DNA of 64,000 nt, from positions 248,001 to 312,000 of the forward strand of contig JBEKTZ010000003.1 in NCBI GenBank assembly GCA_049515535.1, given 5' to 3'. Below the pieces are notes generated by a model. That model did not search any database and was not told the DNA's origin. It saw nothing but the letters and a program-made list of their open reading frames with translations. This DNA is from Candidatus Aminicenantales bacterium (GTDB lineage: Bacteria > Acidobacteriota > Aminicenantia > Aminicenantales > UBA4085). The translations under genes were made by a program, and so were the position numbers. Positions 30,174 to 39,766 of this stretch are shown piece after piece. The first letter of the stretch is position 1; every line of letters begins with the position of its first letter.

Positions 30174-30310
30174 TCAGCCATCGAAACGGTATTCCGTCCG
30201 GCGGAGCGCCGTCTTGATGCGCGCACGCAGCTCGCGCGGGCTGAAGGGCTTGGTTACGCAATCCTCCGGGCCAAGTTCGAGATCCAAAACTTTTTCGGCT
30301 TCGGCGGCGT
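30174..30310 (-). pseudogene. Internally deleted OmpR response regulator remnant
   Basis: Translates [43 protein letters not shown]: the receiver end joined directly to the extreme C-terminus. Confidence 0.85.
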
Positions 30311-30341
30311 GCTGATAGCGTTGATCGGGCTCCTTTATCGG

Positions 30342-32444
30342 CTACTTGGCGACTTTCAGCGGCGGCAGGAAGTTCTCCATCACCCAGATCTCCAGGTTCA
30401 CCTTGATGTCAGTCGTCGCCAGCTGGCGGCCGTCAGGGTGCGGCCGCAGCCCCCCCATCTGCCGGCCGACGGTCAACCCAAGCCGCTGCGGTTCTCCGCC
30501 CTCGGCGGCGACACGCCACATCTGCCATTGCCGAGCCTCGTAGGGGATCTGCGCCTCTCCTTTGACGCCTTTCAGGAAGGTGATGTAGCGGCCGTCCGGC
30601 GTCCACCACGGCGAACCCCAAAAGGGGACTTCCTTCTCGCCGCCGACTCTGACCAGCTCCCGGGCTTCTCCTCCTGCGGCCGGCATGATAAGCAGAATCT
30701 GGGTCCCCTTCTCGTTCACGCCGATCAACAGTCGCCGGCCGTCGGGCGATGCTACGCCGCTGTAGAGGCCCGGCCTCTCGATGACGTCCACTTCCTGGCC
30801 GGATTTCAAGTCGCGGGCCACGACGCGGCTCGCGTTCCCGCCCGGGACGGCAGGCGGCTTGACGTAGTAGACCGTATTGCCGTCAGTAGAGATATCGAAT
30901 CGCGGAAAGCCGACCCCGGCCGGAAGCGGCATCAGAGAGGTTACCTGCCCCGTTTGGATGTCAATTCGTACCAGGCTCTCGCCCTTTCCGGGCTCAAATG
31001 TGGGAACCGCGACGGCCTTTCCATCCGGGAGCCAGTGGAGGGAAGCGCCCAGCCCGATCGTCCTCTCGCCGACCTCGAACTCCCGCTCCTCGCCCGTATC
31101 CATGGAGCGGACAATCACGGTGCGGTTTGGCTCGCGGGCGAGAACGTACGCGAGGAAGCGCCCATCGGGAGACCAGGATGGAGCCCAGGTGTTGCCGCGT
31201 CCGGATGCAGACTGCGGCGGCGAGACCACGTTCCCGCTGACCGGGTCGACTTCGACGATCTTGATGTCTCCGACATTGTTGTTGACCGCGTAGTAGAAGG
31301 CACCCGAGCGGGTGAACCCCATGGGCAAGAAGCCCCAGTCCTTCTTGACGAACACCGGTTCGCCCTGGGCCTTCCCGCCGGCTATCGCGATCAGCCACGC
31401 GTCGGGCGATCCCGAACGCTCACTGGAGAAGAGAATGTGCTTCCCGTCCGGAGCCCAGCCCAGGACGCTGTGGTTCGACCGATCGGGGAAGAGCGGAGAC
31501 TCCCTTCCTGTCTGAAGTTCGAACAGCGAAAACCCTTCCCTGGTCGCCCAGGCGATGTACCGTCCGTCAGGCGAGAACACCCCGCCCGGCGACGGATTCT
31601 TTCCCATCGCCTTCAGCAACCTCGTCGAGCCGTCGGCGACGGCCACCAGCATCATGTCGCGGGTTCCGTCGGCCTTCTCGATTTCGGCAAGCACGTGCCT
31701 GCCGTCAGGCGACCATGCCAGCGGAAACTGGCGGACGACTCCACCTCCGCCGGCCCGCAGGACCCGCGGCTTCGAGCCGTCGAGCCCGACGACGCGGAGG
31801 TCGTACGTTGCGCCCCACCAGGCGTACGCGACACTCCTGCCGTCGGGTGAGGGCACGGATTCCTCGGCGAACGCCCCCTCCCCGGGGCGGTTCCTGCCGA
31901 TGTTGCCGTCGTCGGTCAGCCGACGGATCTCGCCGCTGGCGAGGTCGCGGATGGCGACATCTCCCGCTTCCCAGTCGGTGAACGACACGTAACGGCCGTC
32001 GGGCGATACCTTGCCCGTCACATCCGCCCCTGCCCACACCCTCCTCACGGCCAGCGTCGAACTGCCCGACGTGCCGCCGGTCCCCACGAGCGCGGCCAGC
32101 CTCACCCGCGCCTGCGCGGCGGCGTCACCCTGATCGGCGTAATCGCGAACCACCTGCTCGTACGCCTTGCGCGCTTCCCGCGTTTCCGTATCGCCCAGCT
32201 TCTCGTAGCACTGGCCCATCCGCAGCAGGGCGGTCGCGACCGTGGCGCGGCCGGCGCCGGGCTGCGCGATGATCTTCTTGTACTGCTCGATGGCGCCCTT
32301 CAGGTTTCCATCTACGGTTTCTGTTTTAATGGCGGCCTGGAGCGCCACCTCCGCCTTATTGTCCTTCGTCTGATTCGCCAGGGACCCGGCAAACAGGGCC
32401 GCGCAGAGCAGCCCGGCCAAAAGAATTAACTTTATTGGCTTCAT
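30342..32444 (-). CDS. Secreted TPR + beta-propeller protein, paralog P6
   Basis: Signal peptide; 'AAIKTETVDGNLKGAIEQYKKI..MGQCYEKLG'; SPDG repeats; 'EIWVMENFLPPLKVAK'. Confidence 0.88.
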   Translation of the reverse strand: MKPIKLILLAGLLCAALFAGSLANQTKDNKAEVALQAAIKTETVDGNLKGAIEQYKKIIAQPGAGRATVATALLRMGQCYEKLGDTETREARKAYEQVVRDYADQGDAAAQARVRLAALVGTGGTSGSSTLAVRRVWAGADVTGKVSPDGRYVSFTDWEAGDVAIRDLASGEIRRLTDDGNIGRNRPGEGAFAEESVPSPDGRSVAYAWWGATYDLRVVGLDGSKPRVLRAGGGGVVRQFPLAWSPDGRHVLAEIEKADGTRDMMLVAVADGSTRLLKAMGKNPSPGGVFSPDGRYIAWATREGFSLFELQTGRESPLFPDRSNHSVLGWAPDGKHILFSSERSGSPDAWLIAIAGGKAQGEPVFVKKDWGFLPMGFTRSGAFYYAVNNNVGDIKIVEVDPVSGNVVSPPQSASGRGNTWAPSWSPDGRFLAYVLAREPNRTVIVRSMDTGEEREFEVGERTIGLGASLHWLPDGKAVAVPTFEPGKGESLVRIDIQTGQVTSLMPLPAGVGFPRFDISTDGNTVYYVKPPAVPGGNASRVVARDLKSGQEVDVIERPGLYSGVASPDGRRLLIGVNEKGTQILLIMPAAGGEARELVRVGGEKEVPFWGSPWWTPDGRYITFLKGVKGEAQIPYEARQWQMWRVAAEGGEPQRLGLTVGRQMGGLRPHPDGRQLATTDIKVNLEIWVMENFLPPLKVAK

Positions 32445-32458
32445 TATGATTTCCTCCC

Positions 32459-32522
32459 GCCCATCATGTTACGGCTGTATTGTCAGGAGAGTATCCGCGC
32501 TATTGTCAGGATTGGGTTTTAT
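32459..32522 (-). promoter_or_regulatory. Tandem boxes upstream of P6
   Basis: TGTCAGGA at 32481 and 32504 with TATCC between; GTCAGGATT also occurs twice (22 bp apart) upstream of HK4. Confidence 0.6.
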
Positions 32523-32629
32523 ACGTTCGCGGCGCAAAACCCCGATTTTTAAATCGGGATAAAAAGCGCCGCTCAGTATTAACCCTAAATATACCCCGGG
32601 TTTCAGCCCGGGGAGTCGAATGGGTTGAT
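32523..32629. repeat. 107-bp hairpin-rich REP-like insertion
   Basis: Absent from the paralogous junction at 30173/30174; stems GCGGCGC..CCCGATTT/AAATCGGG..GCGCCGC and CCCCGGG-TTTCAG-CCCGGGG. Confidence 0.6.
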
Positions 32630-33300
<671 letters not shown>

Positions 33301-33304
<4 letters not shown>

Positions 33305-35256
33305 GTCCTCTTCTCCAACGGCAGCAGGATGGTAAACGTGCTGCCCCGGCCGGGTTTGCTCTCGAGGCGGATCTCGCCGTCATGAGCTTCGATGATGTGG
33401 CGCGCCATGGCCAGGCCGATGCCGGTCCCTTGGATATTGGCTGCCCTGGAGCCGGTCCCACGGACGAATCTCTTGAAGATCTCCTTTTGCTCCGAAGTCG
33501 GAATTCCCATGCCCTGGTCCCGGACACGGATGGCCAGGCGGCCTCGTTCGCGCGCCATCTCGACCCAGACGGTGCGGCAGTCCGGCGAATACTTGACCGC
33601 GTTGTCGAGCAGGTTCCTCAGCGCCAGGCCGAGCGCTTCGCGATCGGCGTGGATGAACGGATACTCCCCGGCGAGCTCCAGTTCGACGTGGTAGCCCTGG
33701 GCAGCCGCCTTCTCCTGGAATTCGGCCACCAGGTCACCCACCAACTTTACGGGATCGAGACGCTCAAAGTGATAGCGGAACGCGCGCGCCTCGATGCGGC
33801 CGAAATCCAGCAGCGACTCGACGAGCCTCTGCAGCCGCTCGCTTTCGCGGGACAGAATGTCATAGGATTTCTGCCGCAGGTCTTCCGTGGGAACCCTCCC
33901 CTTGGACAGCATCTCGGAAAGCTGGCGCAGCGAGGTGAGCGGAGTCCGGAATTCATGCGACACCGCCGAAACGAACTCGGACTGAAGCCTGGCTACGGCA
34001 TGCTCGCGGTCGATGGAGCGCATGATGAAATAAGAGCCGGCCAGAAGGACCAGCGCCAGTACCGCGAAGCCTGAAAGCAGCAGGCGGCGCCGCCCGGCAA
34101 CGCCTGCCTCGTCGACGCCGGGATCGGTACTGCTTGCGTGCAGAGTCCCGGGCAGTCTGGTGGCATCCATCGTCCGTACGGCCTGCGGGCCGTTCTTGTT
34201 GAACGAGCCGATCATAACCTGCCCGTTTGCGTCGACCAAAGCGCCCTGGACTCGTTGGCCATACAAAAGCTCTTTCCACTTCGAAACAAGGTAATTGGGC
34301 CCCGCCAACACAGCGGCCAGCCGATCCGAAGTCCCCGCCCAAGAGACTAGCACGGACTGGCCTTCAATTTTCAGAATCCGGCGCCCTTTCGATTCCGGAT
34401 CGGCAATCCACTGGCCGTATATCGATTCCGCGGCGGTCGAGAGCGCGAGCGCGTTCTGTTCGCGTTCGGATAAGGGACTGGCCCCCAACCAGCGCTGCAC
34501 CTCTTCCACATGGAACTCCCAAACGGGCCGGGGCAAGCTCCAGCGGCCGCTCCAAAGGGCCGCACGCATGAGCGACGCTTCCTTCCGCAGTTCTTCGCGC
34601 TTTCCGATCGCTTCCAGCACGGTGCCGCGCGCTTCGCGCGCCATCAGTTCCGCCGGCAGTCCCAGAACGCAGGTCCGGCCAAGTTGGGCGAGCTCGCCGT
34701 AGACTTGGAGGGCTTCCTCATGGCGACCGGTTTTGCGGAGGTTTCGCCCCAGACGCAGCAAGGCGCCGGCGCGCACCCCGGGATCTGGTGATCGGGCAAG
34801 CTCCCGGAAGACCTCGGCCGCTTTGGCCGGATCGTTGCCCTGGTACTCCAGGGTCTCGCCGGCGACGAAGGTCGCAGCCGGCGGTTCTTCGCCGTCCGGA
34901 ATCACGGGATAGTAGAGCAGGCAACCGGGCGGGTAAGCGTTGACGGTGCGTTTCGTCACCTGCAGGACCAACACGCCGTCCGGCGGTACTTTCGCGCCGG
35001 GGCTTGGGACGAAGCTCAGATAGCTTTCAAGGTCGGTGAGGCTTTGTTGAAGCGCGGCGGCCATGTGGTCCGCCGCCAGTTCCAGGCGTTCCTGCAGGCG
35101 CTGTCCTTCGAGCGCGCGATCCTGTTTCAGTAATTGCCAGCCGAGCCAGCCCAGGGCGCCGCCAAGGACAAGCATGAGACAGAGAAAGACCGCCAGGGTG
35201 CGACCGGGCGGCCGGAGCCAAAGGGCTAATCCCATGGGTTGCCTCGCAAACGGCAT
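33301..35256 (-). CDS. Sensor histidine kinase HK4 with periplasmic TPR domain
   Basis: 'RAGALLRLGRNLRK', 'VSHEFRTPL', 'NLLDNAVKYS', 'GTGIGL'. Confidence 0.93.
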
Positions 35257-35405
35257 CGATTCCTTAGATTATATCCGGCCGAGTCAGGATTGAATGGAGC
35301 TTGGGTCAGGATTCTGTTTTTCCAGGGAGCAGGGATGATCTCCTGAACGGTCTGAAGTCTCCCCTCCGGATCTTTCTCAAGACAGCGCAGAATGACGGCA
35401 TCCAT
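35226..35405 (-). pseudogene. Fragment resembling a Ser/Thr (Hanks) kinase C-terminal subdomain XI
   Basis: Hand-translated MDAVILRCLEKDPEGRLQTVQEII..; 59 codons, GGAGG upstream; overlaps the HK4 promoter. Confidence 0.45.
35268..35313 (-). promoter_or_regulatory. HK4 promoter and boxes
   Basis: GTCAGGATT at 35283 and 35305; minus-strand TATAAT at 35273-35268. Confidence 0.55.
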
Positions 35406-35593
35406 CTTTGCCTACCTCCATTTAGTGTACCACCTGGGAAGTGTAAGTTCTATGCTCCAAAACTACTGGAGCTGGCGGTGAGCCGACCGGGGTCCATCGC
35501 CTTCTTTTTCAAAGCATCGACCAAATCTTTGATATGGAGGAAAGATCTCCCGGCCGCGAAACTCATCAGGTCGGCATCGAGGGCCATGGCCGT

Positions 35594-35762
35594 CTGAATA
35601 CCTTATTCTTCCTGCTTTCTTATGGCGAAAGGGATCAGAACATTAAGTCGGTGAACTCATAGACAATAAGCAAAAGGCATGGATCAAAGCCAATCTCAAG
35701 AAAGATACGGCATTCTTGTTAAAATTGCAGCTGGAGCACGAGAAATAGTCATCGTATTTTCT
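35594..35762 (+). pseudogene. Internally deleted copy of the abiEii 3' half plus 3' UTR
   Basis: 35594-35647 = 3487-3540 (1 mismatch); 35648-35762 = 3833-3947 (4 mismatches); 3541-3832 missing. Confidence 0.92.
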
Positions 35763-35836
35763 AATTTCGGTGACAGATAACTCGACCTTAATTCCGATCG
35801 ATCGAATTTCGGAAATGCGTTGAGCGCCACCGAAAT
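35763..35836. repeat. ~75-bp palindromic repeat, family B copy 1
   Basis: AATTTCGGTGACAGATAACTC..ATTCCGAT..TCGAATTTCGG..TGCGTTGA..CACCGAAAT; homologous to 39675-39751. Confidence 0.75.
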
Positions 35837-35846
35837 CAATAGCTGA

Positions 35847-37121
35847 CTAATGCTTCTCAGGATTATTCCTGATGTGTCCGCCTGAGCTTGAGCCGCTTGA
35901 ACCTGATGATGCTGCGTCGGACGCGCTCCCGCTTCCTGCGCTCGGTATTGCGTAGCCTCCTACGTTGCCGCCGCCGCCTTGTCTTGCGCCTGCTCCTTGG
36001 TTGCTCAGGCCGTAGCCGCGCTCAAATATCAGGCCCGGCATTCTCACCTGCGGATTATTATATGTTTTCTGCAATTGGCTCATTCTAATGCCTGCGCTCT
36101 TTGCAATATTTTCAGTGCTGAATATCGGCTCCACGTTTCTTATTCGCGCGTTTGCCGGCTTTAAATTATATTCATTGATCAGCGCTTGCCTTTTTACGCT
36201 TATCTGCGCACGATACTCGTCGGCCTGCCTGTTGCGCGCAAAGATGTTGACGAAGTCGGGGTGCAGCCTCGCTCCCTCTTCCGGAATCATCATCTTTGAG
36301 TCGCCTTTCATTGCGGCAATGTAGTTATGCAGGTTAAGGCCGGCATAAGGATTGACATAGGAGCTTGGATAGCTTAGTGAGTTATTTTGGCCTGAATTTG
36401 TCGGGTCATAAGGATATGGATCTATGTAATTTGGTATTCCATCTCCGTCCCAGTCCTGCCCCATAGCGCCATACCATCCTGACATGCATGGCCCGAAGTA
36501 GCCCCAGTCGCTTATCTGGGCAAACCAGTCCAGGCTGCGGAACATCGAGCCATAGCCAAAATGCCAAGGCCAGGCTAATCCCCAGGATATGCCCGGGTTA
36601 ACATTGATTGGCATCATGATTGTTCTCGGGTCCATCAACGCGACGATGGGGTCAAGATCAGTCTCTAATGTCAGTATTAGTTTACCCGTCTGTTCCGTCA
36701 GGGTTATGAAGTCCGCATCAACATTCCTGACTTCTTTTTTCGCGCCATTAATGTCGTATGTCATGTTGTCGTAAGTTGTTCTTCCGTACACTCTGATAGC
36801 GCAGTTTTGTTTGTTAATGGCTTCCTTTATCCTCTTAATGGCTTGCGCGTTCAGGCCGAACCTGAAATCTTCGTGAACATTGACCATGATATTGTTTCCG
36901 CTCTCATCCACGCTGTTGTACACTACTAATGGGAGGTTTAGGTCGCTTCGCAGGTTAGTGTCCTTGTAATCCGCCGTCACTTCGCCAGTGAGAGTTACAA
37001 GTCTGCCCGAAATGAATTCACTTGGCGTGATTACTCTTTTTTCCAGAGGAATCGCGCATCCTGCGAGAGTTATTGATGCCGCCAGAAGGGCGATAAGCGC
37101 CGCCATGTTTCTTCTTTTCAT
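35847..37121 (-). CDS. Lipoprotein of unknown function with a TSP3-like Ca-binding motif and Gly/Ser-rich tail
   Basis: MKRRNMAALIALLAASITLAG-C lipobox, RBS GGAGG; 'DWDGDGIPNYIDPYPYDP'. Confidence 0.7.
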   Translation of the reverse strand: MKRRNMAALIALLAASITLAGCAIPLEKRVITPSEFISGRLVTLTGEVTADYKDTNLRSDLNLPLVVYNSVDESGNNIMVNVHEDFRFGLNAQAIKRIKEAINKQNCAIRVYGRTTYDNMTYDINGAKKEVRNVDADFITLTEQTGKLILTLETDLDPIVALMDPRTIMMPINVNPGISWGLAWPWHFGYGSMFRSLDWFAQISDWGYFGPCMSGWYGAMGQDWDGDGIPNYIDPYPYDPTNSGQNNSLSYPSSYVNPYAGLNLHNYIAAMKGDSKMMIPEEGARLHPDFVNIFARNRQADEYRAQISVKRQALINEYNLKPANARIRNVEPIFSTENIAKSAGIRMSQLQKTYNNPQVRMPGLIFERGYGLSNQGAGARQGGGGNVGGYAIPSAGSGSASDAASSGSSGSSSGGHIRNNPEKH

Positions 37122-37164
37122 GGTTTGCCTCCTGTTTTCATTGTCTGGCTCCTGTCCATTTTTT

Positions 37165-37182
37165 ATGCAAAAACCATGCCAA
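37165..37182 (-). promoter_or_regulatory. sigma54 (-24/-12) promoter
   Basis: Minus strand TTGGCATGGTTTTTGCAT = TGGCA..TTGC with GG-N10-GC, 44 nt upstream of the ATG. Confidence 0.75.
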
Positions 37183-37398
37183 ATTTCAAGGCCTGTCATC
37201 CAGGCTGGGAGGAGCCCCGGATGTGGCATAAATGGGTCAATTGTCCTCGAGTTCACATTCTTGACTTCGCGCCGAAGCCGGCGATATAGTCGTTTCGCGA
37301 TGGGAGCGCCGATTCCGAGCTAGGCGGGAAGGAAAGCCGCACGGCGCAAAAAAGCGGATTCCCATGCCTTGATCATCCCGTGTTCGGGCTTTGCGGCT

Positions 37399-37463
37399 TT
37401 GACAAATTCTTGACAAACTTTTAACACGCCGTTGACAAGTCGGGACGGGGGGCGCGATATCCT
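37399..37463 (+). promoter_or_regulatory. Four 11-bp period TT(G/A)ACA boxes and -10
   Basis: TTGACA(37399), TTGACA(37410), TTAACA(37421), TTGACA(37432); TATCCT 20 nt after the last box. Confidence 0.75.
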
Positions 37464-37496
37464 TCATATGAAAATCGTGTGCCAGGAGGAACCGCC

Positions 37497-39659
37497 ATGA
37501 CTCTGATCCGAGAGACGGCCGTTGTCCTGACCGCTCTGTGGCTCGGGGCGTCCGCCCTCGCCGCCCGGCCCGCCGCGCCGCCCCGCCTGCGCGTCCTGAC
37601 CGTCAACGTCTGGTCCGGGCTCGACTACGAGGGATTCGCCAAGTTCGGCGAGTACGAGCCGCGCGAACGGCGCGAGCACCGGTTCACCGTCTTAGTGGAC
37701 CGGATCAAGGCCTTGGCGCCCGACATTGTTTTCCTCCAGGAGGCGAATACCGCCGCCCGCTTCGCGGCCCGCCTGGCCGGGGCGCTCGGCTTCACCGAAA
37801 TCCATCAGGTCGAGAACGGCGGCATCAAGCTCGGACCCCTCGGCGTGCCGTCGAACTTCAAGGAGGGCATGGCCATCCTGGCCCGGCCGTCCCTGCGGCT
37901 GCGGCGGCACGACGTGTGGAAGCTCTCGGGCCCGTTCGGCCTCTTCGGCGATTTTCTCACCTTCCACTTCGCCGAGGCGGTGTTCTCGCTCGTGGGTAAG
38001 GTCATCGTCGACGAGACTCCGATTTTCCTGGTCAACGTCCATCTCGTCGCCTCCGCGGCGGACGACGAGGCGCTCTTTGCCCGCTTCCGGGAGACGCTCG
38101 AGGGCCGCGCCCTCTCGCCGGCCGACTTCGCGGCCGTTGTCGCCGAGACCAAGGCCAAGAACCGCCGCCGCCTCGACGAGGCCCGCAAGCTCCTCGCCGG
38201 CGTCCGGGAGCTACCCGCCGACAGCCCCGTGATCGTGGCCGGGGACTTCAACGCCGACCCGGAAACGCCGGCGGTCCGGGCCGTGTTGTCCGTCGGGGGC
38301 ATGATCGACACGCTCGCCGCCGCCGCGACCGCCGGGCCGGCCGACGGGGCAGCGGCCCATCCGATCACCTGGGACGCCGGGGAAAACGAGAACATCGCCT
38401 TTTCCAGCCGCCCGGTCAACGCCTCGGGCGCGCCGCGGCCGCCCCTTGGCCTGCTCGACGCCTTCGATTGCGGGATCAGCCGCCGGCTCGACTACATCGT
38501 CCTGAACAAGGGCTTCCGGCCCGAGGATGTCGCATCCTCGTCGGTCGCCGTGGATGCGCCGGAATCCGGGATCCACGCCTCCGACCATTACGGCGTCTTC
38601 GCCGAAATCGATCTGGAGCGTATCCTCGCTTCCGCCCCCAAGGAGCCGGCCACGGTCGTCCCGCCCAAGGGGTTCGGCAAGGAATTTTTCCCGATCCTGA
38701 TGTGGGATACGGATATTGGGTTCGGCTACGGGGCCAAAGGATTCCTCCTCAACCCGCTGGGCCTCTCGGAGTCGTTCGACCTCACGGCCTTCAACAGCAC
38801 CAAGGGCGAGCGCTGGTACCGGTTCGTCTTTTCCCTGCCCGACTTCGAGACGCGGCAGGGGAAGATCTACCCCCTAGCCTTCGACCTGACGATCGACTAC
38901 GACAAGATGATAAAGAACAACTTTTTCGGCGTGGGAAACGCCTCCCTCTACGCCGACCGCGTGTCCTATACGCGGGAGCCCGTCGAGATCAGCCTGACCC
39001 TGAGCCGGGGGTTCACGGCGACGACCGTCGGCCAGGCGGGCCTGAAATATGCCACGGTCCGCAACAGCCCGCCGGAGGGCCTGGCGCTTCCCTCAGGCCT
39101 GGACATCGGCCGCGCTTCGTCCGTCTCGATTTTCGGGAATATCCGCTACGACAGCCGGGACAGCTTCATCCACCCGAGCGAAGGGATCGTCCTCCAGGCC
39201 GAGGCCGAATACGCGCCGAAGGCCGGGGCGAAGACGGTCTCGTTCACCCGGGTGGCAGGCTGGTTCCAATACTACACCGTCCTCTTCGAGCCCAAGACGA
39301 TCTTCGCCTTCCGATTCGGCGGCCAGAACCTGTTCGGCGACGACCTGCCCAGCCAGGTGCTGCTCTCGCTCGGAGGCAACAACACGCTGCGCGGCTCGCC
39401 CCAGGACCGCTACCTCGACAAATCCCATCTCCTCATGAACGCCGAGGTCCGGTTCCCCATCACCGGCCGCTTGGGCGGCGTCGTCGGCCTTGATATGGGC
39501 AAGGTCTGGCCCTCGCTCGGGAGCATCGATTTCCGGAAGTGGGCCGCAAACCCGACGCTCGGCCTCCGCTACTACATGAAGACCTTCGTCGTCCGGATGG
39601 ACGTGGGCCTGGGCGCGGACGCCACGGGACTCTATTTCAACTTCGGGCACATCTTCTGA
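37497..39659 (+). CDS. EEP (endonuclease/exonuclease/phosphatase) domain fused to an Omp85/BamA-type beta-barrel
   Basis: Signal peptide; EEP motifs 'LTVNV', 'DIVFLQE', 'NVHL', 'GDFNA', 'RLDYI', 'SDHY'; Omp85 'LGGNNTLRG', 'GLRY', C-terminal 'YFNFGHIF'. Confidence 0.85.
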   Translation: MTLIRETAVVLTALWLGASALAARPAAPPRLRVLTVNVWSGLDYEGFAKFGEYEPRERREHRFTVLVDRIKALAPDIVFLQEANTAARFAARLAGALGFTEIHQVENGGIKLGPLGVPSNFKEGMAILARPSLRLRRHDVWKLSGPFGLFGDFLTFHFAEAVFSLVGKVIVDETPIFLVNVHLVASAADDEALFARFRETLEGRALSPADFAAVVAETKAKNRRRLDEARKLLAGVRELPADSPVIVAGDFNADPETPAVRAVLSVGGMIDTLAAAATAGPADGAAAHPITWDAGENENIAFSSRPVNASGAPRPPLGLLDAFDCGISRRLDYIVLNKGFRPEDVASSSVAVDAPESGIHASDHYGVFAEIDLERILASAPKEPATVVPPKGFGKEFFPILMWDTDIGFGYGAKGFLLNPLGLSESFDLTAFNSTKGERWYRFVFSLPDFETRQGKIYPLAFDLTIDYDKMIKNNFFGVGNASLYADRVSYTREPVEISLTLSRGFTATTVGQAGLKYATVRNSPPEGLALPSGLDIGRASSVSIFGNIRYDSRDSFIHPSEGIVLQAEAEYAPKAGAKTVSFTRVAGWFQYYTVLFEPKTIFAFRFGGQNLFGDDLPSQVLLSLGGNNTLRGSPQDRYLDKSHLLMNAEVRFPITGRLGGVVGLDMGKVWPSLGSIDFRKWAANPTLGLRYYMKTFVVRMDVGLGADATGLYFNFGHIF

Positions 39660-39674
39660 CAAGTCGTCGCGGAG

Positions 39675-39751
39675 AATTTCAGTGACAGATAACTCAACCC
39701 CTAAATTCCGATTTGTCGAATTTCGGTATTGCGTTGACTGTCACTGAAATT
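39675..39751. repeat. ~75-bp palindromic repeat, family B copy 2
   Basis: Perfect 14-bp TIR AATTTCAGTGACAG/CTGTCACTGAAATT between convergent genes. Confidence 0.75.
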
Positions 39752-39766
39752 AAAATTATTTAGCGA

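Noticed and set aside
30132..31850. 572-aa plus-strand ORF
   Set aside because: Antisense to propeller P6 and the RR remnant; no motifs
4120..32444. Calling the propeller proteins TolB or S9/DPP-IV/tricorn peptidases
   Set aside because: No TolB N-terminal domain, no tol-pal context, and no alpha/beta-hydrolase or S41 catalytic domain; the proteins end right after the last blade
4120..32444. Diversity-generating retroelement acting on the repeated C-termini
   Set aside because: No reverse transcriptase in the window, and differences between copies are not evidently adenine-specific
35455..35593. Possible PIN/VapC C-terminal fragment (TAMALDADLMS..) on the minus strand
   Set aside because: Similarity too short to support without a search
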